From Hypanus sabinus (lineage: Eukaryota), in NCBI RefSeq assembly GCF_030144855.1, contig NC_082721.1, positions 43,710,001-43,774,000 of the forward strand: a DNA stretch of 64,000 nt, written 5' to 3'. Shown piece by piece: positions 1-12,562 of the stretch. Positions within the stretch are counted from its first letter, which is position 1. Every line of letters begins with the position of its first letter. The notes under the pieces were generated by a model. That model ran no database searches. It had not been told where the DNA came from and was given only the letters and a program-made list of their open reading frames with translations. A program made the translations under genes and the position numbers.

Positions 1-232
1 GTGCAGGAGAGTTTGTACGAAAAGACAACCGAAATGAGAAATCCTTCATTAAAAGACGGAAGCAATTCACCAAAATGCACTCTATCGAGAAAAACTGGAC
101 ACGGAACATGATTTGATTGTAAATCAACATTTTTCATTGTAAAATGTGCATGTAATAATCACGTTACAATTATTAAATGCCAGTGACCGTATTTATGCCG
201 AGGTTATTCAGGATATACTTCCCGTCACTTAC
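1..232 (-). other. 5' part of the J-C intron of cluster 1 (C exon outside the window)
   Basis: Follows the J donor. Recognisably homologous to 55410-55641 (e.g. TTCATTAAAAGACGG, TTTTTCATTG, TTCCCGTCACTTACCTG). Confidence 0.8.
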
Positions 233-727
233 CTGCAACAAGGAGTTTGGTCCCTGGGCCGAACACGTATGTACTGATCGATGAAACCCACTTTCCACAG
301 TAATAGAGGGCAGTGTCACACATCTCCACATTCTTTACGATCAAATGGTAACGGTGCCGGCGCTGTTGCCTGTCGATGTGAAACGGTCGCTGCCAAACCC
401 AGGGCCGTGGTTTGGGCTACCCCAGGAATAATAGTGAAAGAGCACCATTTGTGGGGCTTTTCCCGGTGTCTGTTTGTACCAGTACACATATTCGCTATCC
501 TTTGTTCCGATATTATATTCCAGCTTGGCCGTGGATCCTGGATTCACCGACACGGTCGGAGGTTGAGTCAGACTCTGGGATTCTCCAGCTGTGAAATTCA
601 ACTTCAACAACTGACTCTTTAACGTGACCCCTAAACCCACCCCAGCAAACATAGGCGGTGCAGACTTGCTGCTTGTACTTACAGCCCAGCCACATTGACA
701 AACACCAGAAAAAAACAGTGTCCGCAT
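233..727 (-). pseudogene. Ig light chain (sigma-type) leader plus germline-joined VJ, cluster 1, disabled
   Basis: Leader exon 727-683 (45 nt, one short of the 46-nt leader of cluster 2), GTAAGT donor, 94-nt intron, TTTCACAG acceptor. VJ exon 588-233 reads GESQSLTQPPTVSVNPGSTAKLEYNIGTKDSEYVYWYKQTPGKAPQMVLFHYYSWGSPNHGPGFGSDRFTSTGNSAGTV, then a 1-nt deletion, then YHLIVKNVEMCDTALYYCGKWVSSISTYVFGPGTKLLVA and a G/GTAAGT donor. First Cys is Tyr. Long CDR2 and the xNIGT..WYKQ.PG..PQ.VL motif are typical of sigma V. Confidence 0.92.
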
Positions 728-808
728 TGTAGTTGCCGTCAGTTTCTTGCTTCCCTTCTGCCGGTGGATCTGTGGTGGACTGTGGCCGCTGCTGCCAGTG
801 GAACCCAG

Positions 809-857
809 TTATAGAGCAGTTTGTTCTAGGAGGAAATCCATGTAAATCAGGGCGACT
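809..857 (-). promoter_or_regulatory. Degenerate Ig light-chain promoter of cluster 1
   Basis: TATAA at 813-809. The octamer position reads ATTTACAT (847-840) instead of ATTTGCAT. The neighbouring TGAGTCA of cluster 2 reads GGAGTCG here. Aligns with 56225-56276. Confidence 0.75.
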
Positions 858-1569
858 CCCACTGACCAACCAGAGGAAGGATCTGAAGCCCTCCCATTCA
901 CCGTCACACGCCGCTGGGTTGAGGCGATGACACTACCAGTAACTGACGTATCTATACAAAACAACGTGCAGATGAGCAGGTCGTTGATTGACATTTCCCA
1001 TACTCTCCCTTCATTTCCCTGATTCCATCCGTCGGAGCAGAGATGCCTCGCACACCTCCAATTACAACAGGGCAGAAGGTGCAGACTTCCTGTTCCCACA
1101 TCAGTTATTCAAACCCACCCACCCAGACACCCTCTCAGGGACTCTGCTGTTGGCGCATGTGTGTCCCATCCTTTGCTCCTCTAGTTTGGAAAACATGTGG
1201 GCCATCTTCCGGGAAGATTCTCGGAATCGAAGATGGAGCCAGGAAGAGGCTACACAATGCACAGTCCTTGGAAAATCAAGGCAAAATCTTTCCCGTTGTG
1301 TAGTTAATATTCAGTATTATTTGCGTAATCCTTTATTTATTTCAGTACATACATAGTTTAGCTGAGCATCCTTATTTATTTAAATAAATGATTACGAGAT
1401 ATTACGATATATATGAACTGCATAGGTAAAAAAGCTACACGTAATAGACGCTCCTGGCTTAAAGTAAAACACGAAATTAGACTGATGTTTCGGACTTCCG
1501 TGTCTTCCTTTGAATTAGTTTAAAAGTACGAAATGCCGTCCTCGCCCTGGATAACATCTTTATGTGTGG

Positions 1570-2507
1570 TTGCCTCAGAATGTGCGTGGCACCTATGTGC
1601 ATGGCTACCAAGTACCCTTTTCGAGGTTCTTTCTGTTCCCGGTGTTGCGAAGAATGTGTCTGGTCCCGTTATCGCTTAATGCCGCACTACCTGTCCTTTG
1701 TGGAAAACGTTCTACTAGATCAACACTATTGACAATATGTCCACCAGTCAGTGGTCAACACAAAGCGTCCTACAGACACTACAGTAAATGATTCGATGTG
1801 TACAGTGGGTTGTTCCCTGAGAAGGCTTGTCAGACCCTCTAGCAGAAATCGTCATCGCCAGACCTCACCACGAGGCACCAAGACATTGCTTGGCAAGCGG
1901 AGTGAGGGGCACTCACAGTCAGATCCTTCATGTATGCCCGAAACATCATTACAGCTGTGCGTTCTTAGTGAGAGGTATCTTGTTGGGATCAGACCGTCAC
2001 TCTCTTTGCGGTCTCCGGTGTTAAGAAGAAAAGTGCTGGGGCCTGCTTCACAGTTCATTCCGAGTAGCAGCATGCTGGAAAACTGTCTGATCTACGGACC
2101 ATTCCCAGGGTCACATTGTGAGACAGATAACCAAGTGAAACTGAAAGATTATCAGCTCGGCGAAGTACGCCCTTTGGTCTGCACGAAAGCAGTTGGGCTG
2201 GTCATCGAGATGTTGGTGGAGGAATGGTCTCAATAGGCACATTTCAGGCTGCAGGAGTAGGTGCTGAGGATGCATTGAAGCTTGGTGCAGCCACCACAAG
2301 GGGTCGGTGGGGAAAGACCACAGTGTAGGAATAGGGAGGCGGCTGGTTTGACGAGGAGTCTCCTTAATTATTGCAGCAAGTATACGATCCAACGGGAACA
2401 CATAATTTGAAAAGTACTTAATGCATTTTTTAGGATAACAAGGCATTGCACGGTTTACTCTTGTAAACATTTTTTTAATTATGAATAAAGTTTGTTTTGG
2501 TAAAAAT
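1570..2507 (+). mobile_element. Tx1/L1-clade LINE, 3' fragment
   Basis: Decayed C-terminal ORF2 peptide (CLIYGPFPGSHCETD...LVCTKAVGLVIEMLVEEW). 3' end AATAAAGTTTGTTTTGGTAAAAA. Absent from the homologous upstream region of cluster 2. Confidence 0.65.
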
Positions 2508-3199
2508 ACCTTTCCTACATCATATGCAATGACTGTGTCCATCTCCAGTGCCAGACTATGTCCTCTACAGTGGCCTTCCAACACAACTCATTGTTCACAG
2601 CCACTTATAGGAGGCCTTCACCAAAAACCTTCTCTGGGTATCGTTAGATGGGCAATAAATATAAACATAACCAAGAATGTGGAATATCTGTGGTTGACCA
2701 GAGTGCCAGGATATGGAGCAATCCTCTAGTAGGAAATGCAGAACAGGAGGTAATGTCCCAGTGAGTTTATATATGTGTTTATTTTCTTTGAATACCCAGG
2801 AAAATAAAGTCTGTTGAATAAGTCAGGCAATATGTCATCAAATAGTCTGAAGCAGAATCTCAGTTCTGTGGGAATGGACACCCAGATGATGGCAGTCGTC
2901 CTGCAGCTAAAGTGATTGCATGCAGTGGGGAGACTGGGATATCACCAGACAGACAAAAGAGCAGGTAAATGGGTCAGGAGACCCCAGAAGATAATTTGCC
3001 CTCTAACTGCATGATATTCAGAGTACTGATTGGGGATATTACTCATCTAGGTACAGAGGCATGGCCAGACAAATGAATTCATTGCACAGGCAGAGGTTCA
3101 AACTGTATGTGGAAGTAATAGGCCTATTCCCCATGTGCCAATCATGGTGTTAAAATAAATTAAACCAATCTGCTTCCACCAGGTCTATATCCCTGCTAT

Positions 3200-3425
3200 A
3201 GTCCTTTGGATGCTGCAGTTTCCTTCCACGTGTCAAAGATGTGCAGTTTGATAACTGCTGTAAATTGCCCCATGTATGCATCGGTGACTGGTACAATCTA
3301 AGGGAAGTTGAATAGAATGCTATGGTAAGGGAATTGAATGGGATTAGTGAATGGTTAGACAAAATACAGGCTCGATGGCCAGCACTGACAGGGTGGGCTG
3401 AAGGGCCTGATTCCATGTCATATGA
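3200..3425 (+). mobile_element. Elasmobranch HE1-like SINE, decayed
   Basis: CTGTAAATTGCCCCAT core and GGGCTGAAGGGCCTG tail, typical of shark/ray SINEs that share a CR1-type LINE tail. Confidence 0.55.
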
Positions 3426-5189
3426 ATGCCACAAATTACATGGTGAATGTAAAGCCGAATATTGCAAATAGCCAGGATGTAAGAAGGTAGTAGGATCGTT
3501 CGGTAGCAGAACAAAAATTGTGATTAATTCCCCTGCTTCACTTTGTGGATGTAGTAAAGTGCAGATAAATGTTTGTCTGAATAGATAATGAAGAATGGTG
3601 TCTGGAGACCTATAGGTGATTATGATCTGTTCATGGGTGTGTGCATGTGTCTGTACAGGAGGAGGAGGTGTATTGGTGTAGACAGTTCAGGCCAGACAGA
3701 GAGCATAGAGTTGTGACAAGCGTTGTGTAATGCAGATGGAAGATAAAAAGGTCTAAAAAGGAATAAAGTGAGATAAATATCTCCAGAGCAGAAATAAACA
3801 TTTTTATAGGAAGGACAAAATAATGATAAAATGCAAGAAGCTTCACACAAGATTTGTGGAATGGGCAAATTCAAGATGTAAATGAAACAAAACTAATGAA
3901 CCGTGTGCTGATGATATTGTGATAAGCTACATCTATTCAGCTTTTGTTGAATCTGAAGCAGTGAATGTGGTTAATGTGAGAACCCTCATACTCTTTTGGG
4001 GATGAGGCAGGAGGAGGTCGACAGGTGAGGAGAATGCAGCCTGCGAGAATTTCTGCTCTCTCCACTATTGATATAGGACTGCAATGTACTCCAGATCCAT
4101 GGGCTTGAGGTTCATCCTTCTCGAAACCAAATGCTCCTTTTCAACAGTATTGGTCATAGGCTGGAGAGTCTCCAGAATTCAGTGAGGATGTTGCATTTCT
4201 TCAAAGAGGCTTTGAACACATATTTAAATCTTATTTTCTATTAACCAGACAAACCCTTCCCATGGCAGAGCTTGGAGTACGGGATATATTTCAACAGTAT
4301 GGCCTCAGATATATGAACAACCCTCCCTGTCCAATATACAAAACTCCATGCAACCATGGAGTTAGAGCTGCAAGTGTTGGCCTGTGAAGACTGACATTAG
4401 TTCAAATGTCCCTGCAGAGAATGTTGAGGTGATTCTGTTGGTGGTGGTTTATAGTGTGTTAAGATGCCTTCTGTAATTCAGGTAGAGCTCAGATGTATCT
4501 GAAAAGATAGTGAACTGTTTTCCCCAGTGAATTGTGAGTTAGGTGACAGTTGAGTAGAAGGTTAATTCTGTCATATAAAAGGGTGAGCAATTCTGTGTGT
4601 CTGTATAAACGCTAGAATCACCTGTACAAAGCAGGCTATCTACTGAGTTTGGGAAACTTTGGTATAAAAGTGCAGTCATGTTGGTTGAAGAGTCTCCTGT
4701 TAGCTCTGGGCATTATCTGCAGTCTTTCAGAAATGTTGTTGGAGGTGAAGTGCAAAATAGGAGCAAGACAGTCTGAGAAAAATGATCAGGAAGTCAGCAG
4801 GTTTGACACTGGTCTTCACAAAGAATGACTCTATTGTTAAATATTTGTAGAGCAAATGTAAGATAGAATTGAATTTGACTGTGAACCAAATTTGGGAAGT
4901 ATGTTCATCAACCCTTCTGATTGATGGAGTCAGTGGAATATTTGTACAGTGAACATCATGTCCCCTGTTCTGTTGATGAATGAATTTCACACTGTGATTC
5001 AATGAGTCGCTCTATCGTTTCTGATGAAGGTGATTGAGGAGGAATCTGGCATTTACTCCCCATGTGGTGGTGAGTCAGGTTCTGCAGTTACCACAGTTGG
5101 ATTTGTTTCTGTGAAAATCTATGCCTGTGAGCATCCTGAAATATTGATTAATGAGATGTAATGGTGGTGAAGATTTGTTGGGCCATGGA

Positions 5190-6260
5190 TGACTGAAACT
5201 GTTTGCTTGTCAAAACACACAGGGGACATTGATCAGTTGGGTAAGTGGATGAAGCAATGGTAAATGGCGTTCAATCCAGATAGCTATAATGTTTTTGTTT
5301 TTTGCGTTTTTCATTTTGTACCATGTATGATGTGGGCAATCATGGTCTTTCCATGACCATGATTGTTCTTAGCAAATATTTCTCAAGAAGTGGTTTGCCA
5401 TTGCCTTCTTCTGCACAGCGTTCTTCCAAACTGGGTGACCCCAGCCATGATCAAAAGTTTTCAGAGTTTGTCTTTCTGGAGTCAGTGTAGCATATCCTAG
5501 AGTTGTGATATGCTCCGGCTGCTCATACTAGCAGCCATCAGCTGCTCCCATGGCTTCTCATGACCATGATCGGGGGGTGAGGGTGTTAGGTAGCAGTTAT
5601 ACCTTGGCAAAGGATGATTTGCAAGCTAACAGAGGGAACAAGTGGCACATGTTTCCTTCGTTAGAGAGGTATTTCCACCTTGCCACCAAGGTATTATGTT
5701 TTGAGAAATAATACTAGGATAGGACATTCACGGAAAATGGTCGAACTCTGTTGAGTGTTGTGGAATAGAAAGACCTAGGCTCAAAATCACACGGTGTCCT
5801 GAATGACATCACAGCTATAAAGGATTGAAAAGAAGTCATTTTGCACATTGGTCAAATCAGTCAGGCCACCAAATATAGGATTCAGGACACTATATTACCA
5901 TTAAAAAATCATGGGTGAGGCTGTACCTGGAGTATTGTTCATCGCTTTGCTATTGGAACAACCTCATTATGCTGCAAAGAGAGCAAAGACAATCTCTGAG
6001 AATGTTGGTAATATCTGCGGGCTATAGGAGGAGGTTGGGTAAGTGAGCACCTTTTCCTTAAAGTGCCTGAGAATGAAGTGTCGACTTACAAAATTATAAA
6101 ATATGAAGTGTGTGTATAGATAGGGGAAATCCAGAGGTCCTTTTCCAAGTGATGGGGAAGTAAACACTAGAGGGCCTAGGTTGAAAGTGAAAGTGAAAAG
6201 AATTAAAAGGGATCCAAGTGTGGATATGTAGAGTGCAGAGTGTATATGGAAAGAGCAGTC
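5190..6260 (+). mobile_element. Decayed CR1-like LINE 3' region, interrupted by an RTE-related short element (about 5290-5690)
   Basis: CR1 RT C-terminal remnants (GAGGCTGTACCTGGAGTATTG, GTAAACACTAGAGGGCCTAGG). The inserted piece carries GTGGTTTGCCATTGCCTTCTTC. Confidence 0.55.
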
Positions 6261-8979
6261 AGAGGCAGCTATAATAACAACAAGATCTAAGGATGTGTAT
6301 CTGCATCTAAAATGGATACAGCAATAAAATAGAGAGTAGCAGTAATAAGTTATTCATCAGACTGGAGATAGGTGTGAGTGGGTACCTCAGTGATGATTAT
6401 GAATACCACCCTTTTGCCCATTTCTATTAATGAGTTGCTCTTGGGTTCAGTGTATTCAACCTTCAGATCTGTAGGTGGCACAAATCTGAGAGGCACAGTG
6501 AAGTCTGAGGGTGATAGCAATAGAAATTAAGGAGGCAGTGGCAGGCTGATGAAGTGGTGGAACAGGTGGCAGAGAGAGACATGGACAAAGTGAAACTAGG
6601 AACAGTAATAGGCCATTCGGCCCTTTGGATCTACTGTCTCATTTGACATGTTCATGTCTGATCAGCGACTTCAGAACCTTCTACCAACATTCCCAGATTC
6701 CTTCATTAATTCAGCACTTAGAAATGAATCCACCTTCTTCTTGGATATTTTTAATATCTTGGACTCCACCTCTCGTTTTTGCCTTTTCAGTGATTGAAGT
6801 TATCTCCCTCGGAATAGTTCTGTCCAGTACTACTGAAATTCTAAAAATTACTGTGAGAACCTTTCATTCCTCTTTACTTCAGTGCATGTTGGCCTTCCCA
6901 ACAAATTCTCCTTTCATAGAGAAATACTGAATGTAACAAGGATACAGAATGTACTTTGGTTGGGAACCTCATTGTCCATCACTGGATCTGACTTGGAGTC
7001 CCACCACTAAAAACTGACTTTGTACTAAATTATGTATCTACCACATTGAGTCTGGGTAGTGAGTGAAATTATTTGGGATTTGGCATCCTAGCTTCCTGAA
7101 CAGATACAAGACTTTTCTCTACTTGTCAATGTGGAAAAATACTCAAAATGCTCTGTTCATCAAAAGCAGCACAAATTCAATGCAGCTAATTACTGTATTT
7201 TTAGTAGTTTCTCACTCATCAGCAAAGGTGGAACGTTTCATGGACAATGGTATTAAAAGTCACTTACACAGCAATAATTCCATAAAATGAATCACACATT
7301 GATTTTCACAGAAACATTTGGCTTTAGATATTCAGACAGGTCATTAGGAGATCAAGGAGCCAAGAAATCAAGGGAATTCATATTATATATGTGTATATTA
7401 GCAAGGGAATTATATAGCAGTGTTTTTAACTGTCCCAGTGTGGACTGGGATTGCCTCAGTGTGAGGGGCTTAGATGAGTGAAAGTTGTAAAGCGCATTCA
7501 AGAGACTTTTCAACCAGAACTTAGTAGTCTCACTAGGACTGGTCTGTACTCGACCTTATCTTGTGAGTGAGTCTCAACAAGTGGTAGAAATGTCAGTAAC
7601 CAGCATTTTGGTGATAGTGGGAATAGTTCTGTCAGTTTCAATGCAGGTTTGTGAAGTGTTCACAGTTATTCAGGAAAGCCGATTCCTGTAATAGGTAAAG
7701 CTGAGTGGGAGAAGCTGCTTTGGGTACAAACAACATCTAACTAGCGGGAGTGTTTGAAGAAGTGGGAGAGTGAGTGCTCAGAGCTAACATGCTCCTATAT
7801 AGGTGAAAAGAATGGATGGCTAGATTAAGAAATCATCAAAATCAAGGTATGTGAAGGGCTTAATGAAACAATGAAAGAAGCACTTAGCTAGTTTATATGA
7901 TTGAAAATGCAACAGATCCTTGCATATGAGGTCATAGATGAGATATTAGAAGAGCAAAGAGGAGTCATTAAACATACTCAGTGCACAGCTAAACAAGATT
8001 CCCAAGGCATTTTACAAGTATATTAGGTGCAAAGAAACAATGAGGGAAAGCATGGCTTTCTTTTGGGACCAAGTGGAACCTCTGCTTGGAGCCAGGGGAT
8101 GTGAGTGAGGTCTTAAATGGATACACCTCAACTTTATTCAGAAAGGGAGAAATCCATAGGAAATGTAGAGTTCAGGGAAAGATATAGTGATATTAAGGAA
8201 CATATTTGTTTTGAGCTCTTTGGGGCTTGTACAGGGATCCAGAGAGCACTGGGCTGTCAGCTTTCTGCAGCACCTGAGTTTGTTAATTGTTGCAAGAACA
8301 AGAATCATTAATTGCTGGTGCTTTCTGTTTAATCTTGCTAAGATTATTCTGACTGGTGCAGAGTCAGCATGTTTATCTTTGTAGGAAAGCATGTCCGAAT
8401 AATTGATTGAATTTTCAGGATTGACGAGTGATTGGATCAAATGAGTTTGTGTCCTGTGTACTTGGAAAGATCAAGGATAAGAGTTGATAGAGGGATAGAA
8501 AATTATAAGGGGAACAGAATGTAGACATAGGGATATTGCTGCAGTGGATCAAGAGCCTTAAACTATTAAGGCAGGACATTTATTGGAAACCCAAGGGGCA
8601 CTCTCCACTTCGAGACTGGAACATGGTTTGTGTGGAAGTGGTTGAGGCAGGTAGTTTCGACAAACACTTGAAATGCAGAGAATATTACAGCCCAAAAGTA
8701 GATAAGTGGGTCTTGTACAGAAGACTAAATTGTTTGGCATCAACACGATGGGCTGAATGTCTGATTTCTGTTCTGTGTAAGCCTATGACTCATCATAGTC
8801 CCAGTTCAAACATTGATCAAAGAGCTGAATTCTAGAGGTAAAATGAGATTGACTGCAGAACAATTTCTCAAGGAAGAAATTGACCAGTTGTAACTTCAAC
8901 GAGTCCCATTAACACCAAGGTTAACGGGTTTCATGATGATTGTACACCAATGAATGGAATCATAACTCACACTAAGAAT

Positions 8980-9900
8980 GATGTTGTCATTGTTGTATGT
9001 CAGTGTTCCCATTCTCAGGATGTCACTGCAGGAGATACTCATGGAGTATATGCAGGAGGTTTTTATGGAGTATGTTCAACACAACAATGTTTAAAAGCTT
9101 CATCAGTAACCTTCCTTCCATTGTAAGAACAGAAACAGGATTGATGATTGAAACTCTTCAGCTAATCCACCAGTTCATAACTACATGTAGCATGTCCTGG
9201 ACAACATACAAGAATTGGGTTATAAGGGTGCCGTTCACATGACAGATGTGCCACACTAGGGTCATGTCCAAGAGGAATATGTCAAGCTACCTACCCATGG
9301 CATTCAGTGCCATTACCTTCACAATGCTTTTCCACCATTTACTCTACAACATCGAAGGCAAGAACAAAATGGAATACTCCCCTCATTGGGAGATGAGTAC
9401 AGGTCCAAAATTATTTCAGAAACTCAACACCATCTAGGACAAGGCAGGCCAATTTCCACCACCAAACATTGTAACTCCACCATGGATAGTCTGAGGCACC
9501 AAAATGAAAGGATGAGTGTTTGTCAGGGGGTTAGAAACACATAAAAAGCCAGAGCCACAGAAGCACTAACAGAATGTTTCAAATTCCTCATCACTGGGAG
9601 ATGGCTACACCTGTGTATAACTTTGACGACTGGTTCGGGATAGTGGACTGTGCCTGTAGCCTATGATCTAGGAGGGTGATAGGCTTAAACAAACAAACAT
9701 CAACATTCATTCAATCCACCACAGGTGGACAATGGATGTAGTATTGTCCATTGACAAAATGTCCAGCTATTACTTCCCGAGGTTACTTGATGAACGCAAT
9801 CCAAACCTTTCAGCTCTACTACCAACTGTACAAGGGCAGAACTAGCAGGAAATGCCTCCTGCAAGCTTACATCCAAGTCACAAACTATCCCTACTTGGAT
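8980..9900 (+). mobile_element. Decayed L2/CR1-group LINE RT fragment
   Basis: Remnant motifs such as CCTGGACAACATACAAG and ATGGAATACTCCCC...GGGAGATGAGT (MEYSPHW); many stops. Confidence 0.5.
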
Positions 9901-10744
9901 ATATCTAGCTAATAGATGAAATATGTATTCTTGGACCCTAGAAAATTTTGACTAATGTGTTGTGTTAGGTATATTCTGACTGTTTAGATTTTGAGAGAAA
10001 GTAACTAAAACATGAATGGTTTGAGTCTGAAAAATGATGTGTAATCTGTGGCCGCATGTGAGTTCACTTGAGTTAGATCTGTCGCTGTCTCTATCACAGC
10101 AATTACATTCATGCAGGGAGAATCAATTGCAACAATTAGAAGGGAGCCAGATACATATCTGAAACTACAGGTTTGTGGGTCGATGGCAGGTGGAAGCAAT
10201 GTCATTTATAATGTGCTGGTCTGAAGTGAACAGGGCAAATGCCCTCACTATATCCAGTAACCATTCTGTTTCACTATTACTTAGCTTCTTCTGATGACCT
10301 CTGAGTCTGACACAGTGAATTTAAACAGTGAAGATAGATAATTGCCTGATATTTCCCAGTTTCATTACTTGTTTATATAATGTCTGGTCTCTGAGACTAA
10401 ATGACAGCATCCATCTCCGTTATAGCACAACTCCTGTTGTAACTCTGGGAAATGATATTGTCCAGAAGATTCTTAGGGAGTCAAAATGAGTTGCTAAATT
10501 TAAGGTTACAGCTGTTTATTAGATTTTCATCATAGTAGAGGTCAGATAAGTCTATTGTGTTCCAGCAAACAAAGCAGAGATATAACAAAGGGATGTGAGT
10601 AAATGCTTCACATTCATATTGGAAAAGCAGTTAGAATGGTCCCTGATGGGAAACCTCAGAGCAGTGACCAATTCACACTTCACTTTGGCCAGTATTCAGT
10701 AGAAACGGATACACTACCAGTTCCTATGCATCCACAGATAAATA

Positions 10745-12125
10745 GATTCAGGATTCAAGATTCAGGATTGTCATTTCCAGGCACAATGAATGTGTAGAGG
10801 AATATGAAGTAATTGTGACTTCAAATCAGTTGTGGCACAAAAGCCAAGATTTAGAACACAGTACTAAAAAAAACAATAAATATGAATATATGAGATAGAT
10901 TATATACATAGATTGATTAAATGTCCATAAACTGACGCTAAGTAAAGGAGTATCTGTACCGTTGGTAACTGTGATATGTAATGATAAAGTAGTGGGTGTG
11001 TGGAGGTGAGGGTTCATGGGTAGAAGTGTTGATCATCCTTATTCCTTGGGGAAATAAACTGTTTCTTAGCCTGGCCATCCTGGCATGGATGCTATACAGC
11101 CACCTCCCAGATGGGAGTAGTGCAAACAGTCAATGAGCACGGATGATGGGATCCTTCATGATATGACTGGCTGTTTTACCAGCATCATTCTGCATATATG
11201 TCCTTGATGGCAGGAAGGCTGGTGCTGGTGATGCCCTATCTTACCCATTGTAGAGAATTTCCTGTTTGCCACAGTTTCCATCTGATGCATGATAAAGTTT
11301 GTTAAGATCGTCTCTACTGCACATATGTGGAAGGACACAAGGAAAGATGTGCAGAGTCCATCTCTTTTCAGCTTGCTCAGAAACTTGAGATGTTGGTGAG
11401 CTTTCTTGATTGTGTAGGTTGTGTCCTAGAACCATGAGAGGCTGTACAAGATGTGCTCTCCCAGGAGTTTGAAACTGCTCACAGTTTCCAGTGCTCTGTT
11501 GCTGATGTGATGTGAGTTCTGCTGACATCAATAATAATATTCTTTTCTTTGTTGACATTGAGGAAGGCATTATTTCCCTGGTACCAGGCCTCAAAGTGTG
11601 AGCAGGGTGTACAGCAATGGGCTCAGTACACACGTTGAGAATTATGGAGACTGACGAACAGCTGTGCCTCCTGACAATCTGAGCTCTCGTTGTTGGGAAA
11701 TATATCCAGTTGCACAGTGGTGCATTTGGACTGAAGAGTAGGAGGTTGTTATCCAATATCCGTGCGACAATGGTGTTGAATGTTAAACTGAAATCCAGAA
11801 ACATCACTCTGAGACACAGGTGTTTGTTTTCTAAGTGTACTGGAGCCATGTGCATGACAGATGCAACCATCTGTCGCAGAGTGGTTCTGTCGGTAAGCAT
11901 ATTTGTCAGTGTCCATCTGGCAGGAATGGAGCTTCTGACATGTGCCATTATCAGTTAGCTAATCTGAAGCATGTGGGGATAATGAAGTGTTATAGATGTC
12001 TATAAAGAAGTCAGTGAATTGGTGTGTACATTTCCTGAGTACTCAGCCTGCAATGTTGTCTGGCCCAACTGCCTTATGTAGCTTGACTCTCTGCAGAGTC
12101 CTTTTGATTATACAAGCATAAAGGC
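10745..12125 (-). mobile_element. Rex1/Babar LINE, 5'-truncated
   Basis: ORF 11241-11948 contains LRVMFLDFSLTFNTIV...LCNWI. ORF 12043-12243 contains KAVGPDNIAG. 3' tail is a short (TGAATC/TTGAATC)-type repeat at 10745-10770. Confidence 0.8.
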
Positions 12126-12540
12126 AAGTGGAAGGAAAGTTAAAACTAGAAAAATACAATGAAAACAACAATCTGGACTCTAATCTGCAGACGAGAGTCA
12201 TCATCAGAATAGGAGTCAGGATTATTATCACTGGCAGATCCAATACCCTTCCCCTGTGACTCTCTCTTTTGTAAAATAAGAACTTCTAAATCTTGTAAGA
12301 TGACCATTATTAATGGTACTTTAGGATAATCAGTCCAAAACATTGCAGGTGACAGAACAAAAAATGGCAATGTGGAAGCGTACGGGAATGAGATAGAGCA
12401 CCTGGTTGAGGTGTGTTGAAACAACAACTTTTCATTCAATATCAGTAAGACCAACTCATCGGATTCCCGAATGGACAATGAATCCGTGAATGTCACCTCC
12501 CTTTCTGTTATTTTACTTTAATAGTTATTTACTTCAATCT

Positions 12541-12562
12541 ATTATATATATATATATATATA
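12541..12562. repeat. (TA)n microsatellite
   Basis: Direct reading; abuts the R4-clade fragment. Confidence 0.9.

Noticed and set aside
233-588. Assignment to lambda (type II), kappa or sigma-cart
   Set aside because: The long CDR2, NIGT/WYKQ.PG/PQ.VL and KWDSSA motifs and the C sequence fit sigma better from recalled sequences; a phylogeny is still needed.
341-727. 128-aa ORF reading from the leader ATG through the intron into V
   Set aside because: It is in frame only because of the 1-nt leader deletion plus a 94-nt intron. It has no usable signal peptide, lacks Cys23 and stops before the second Cys.
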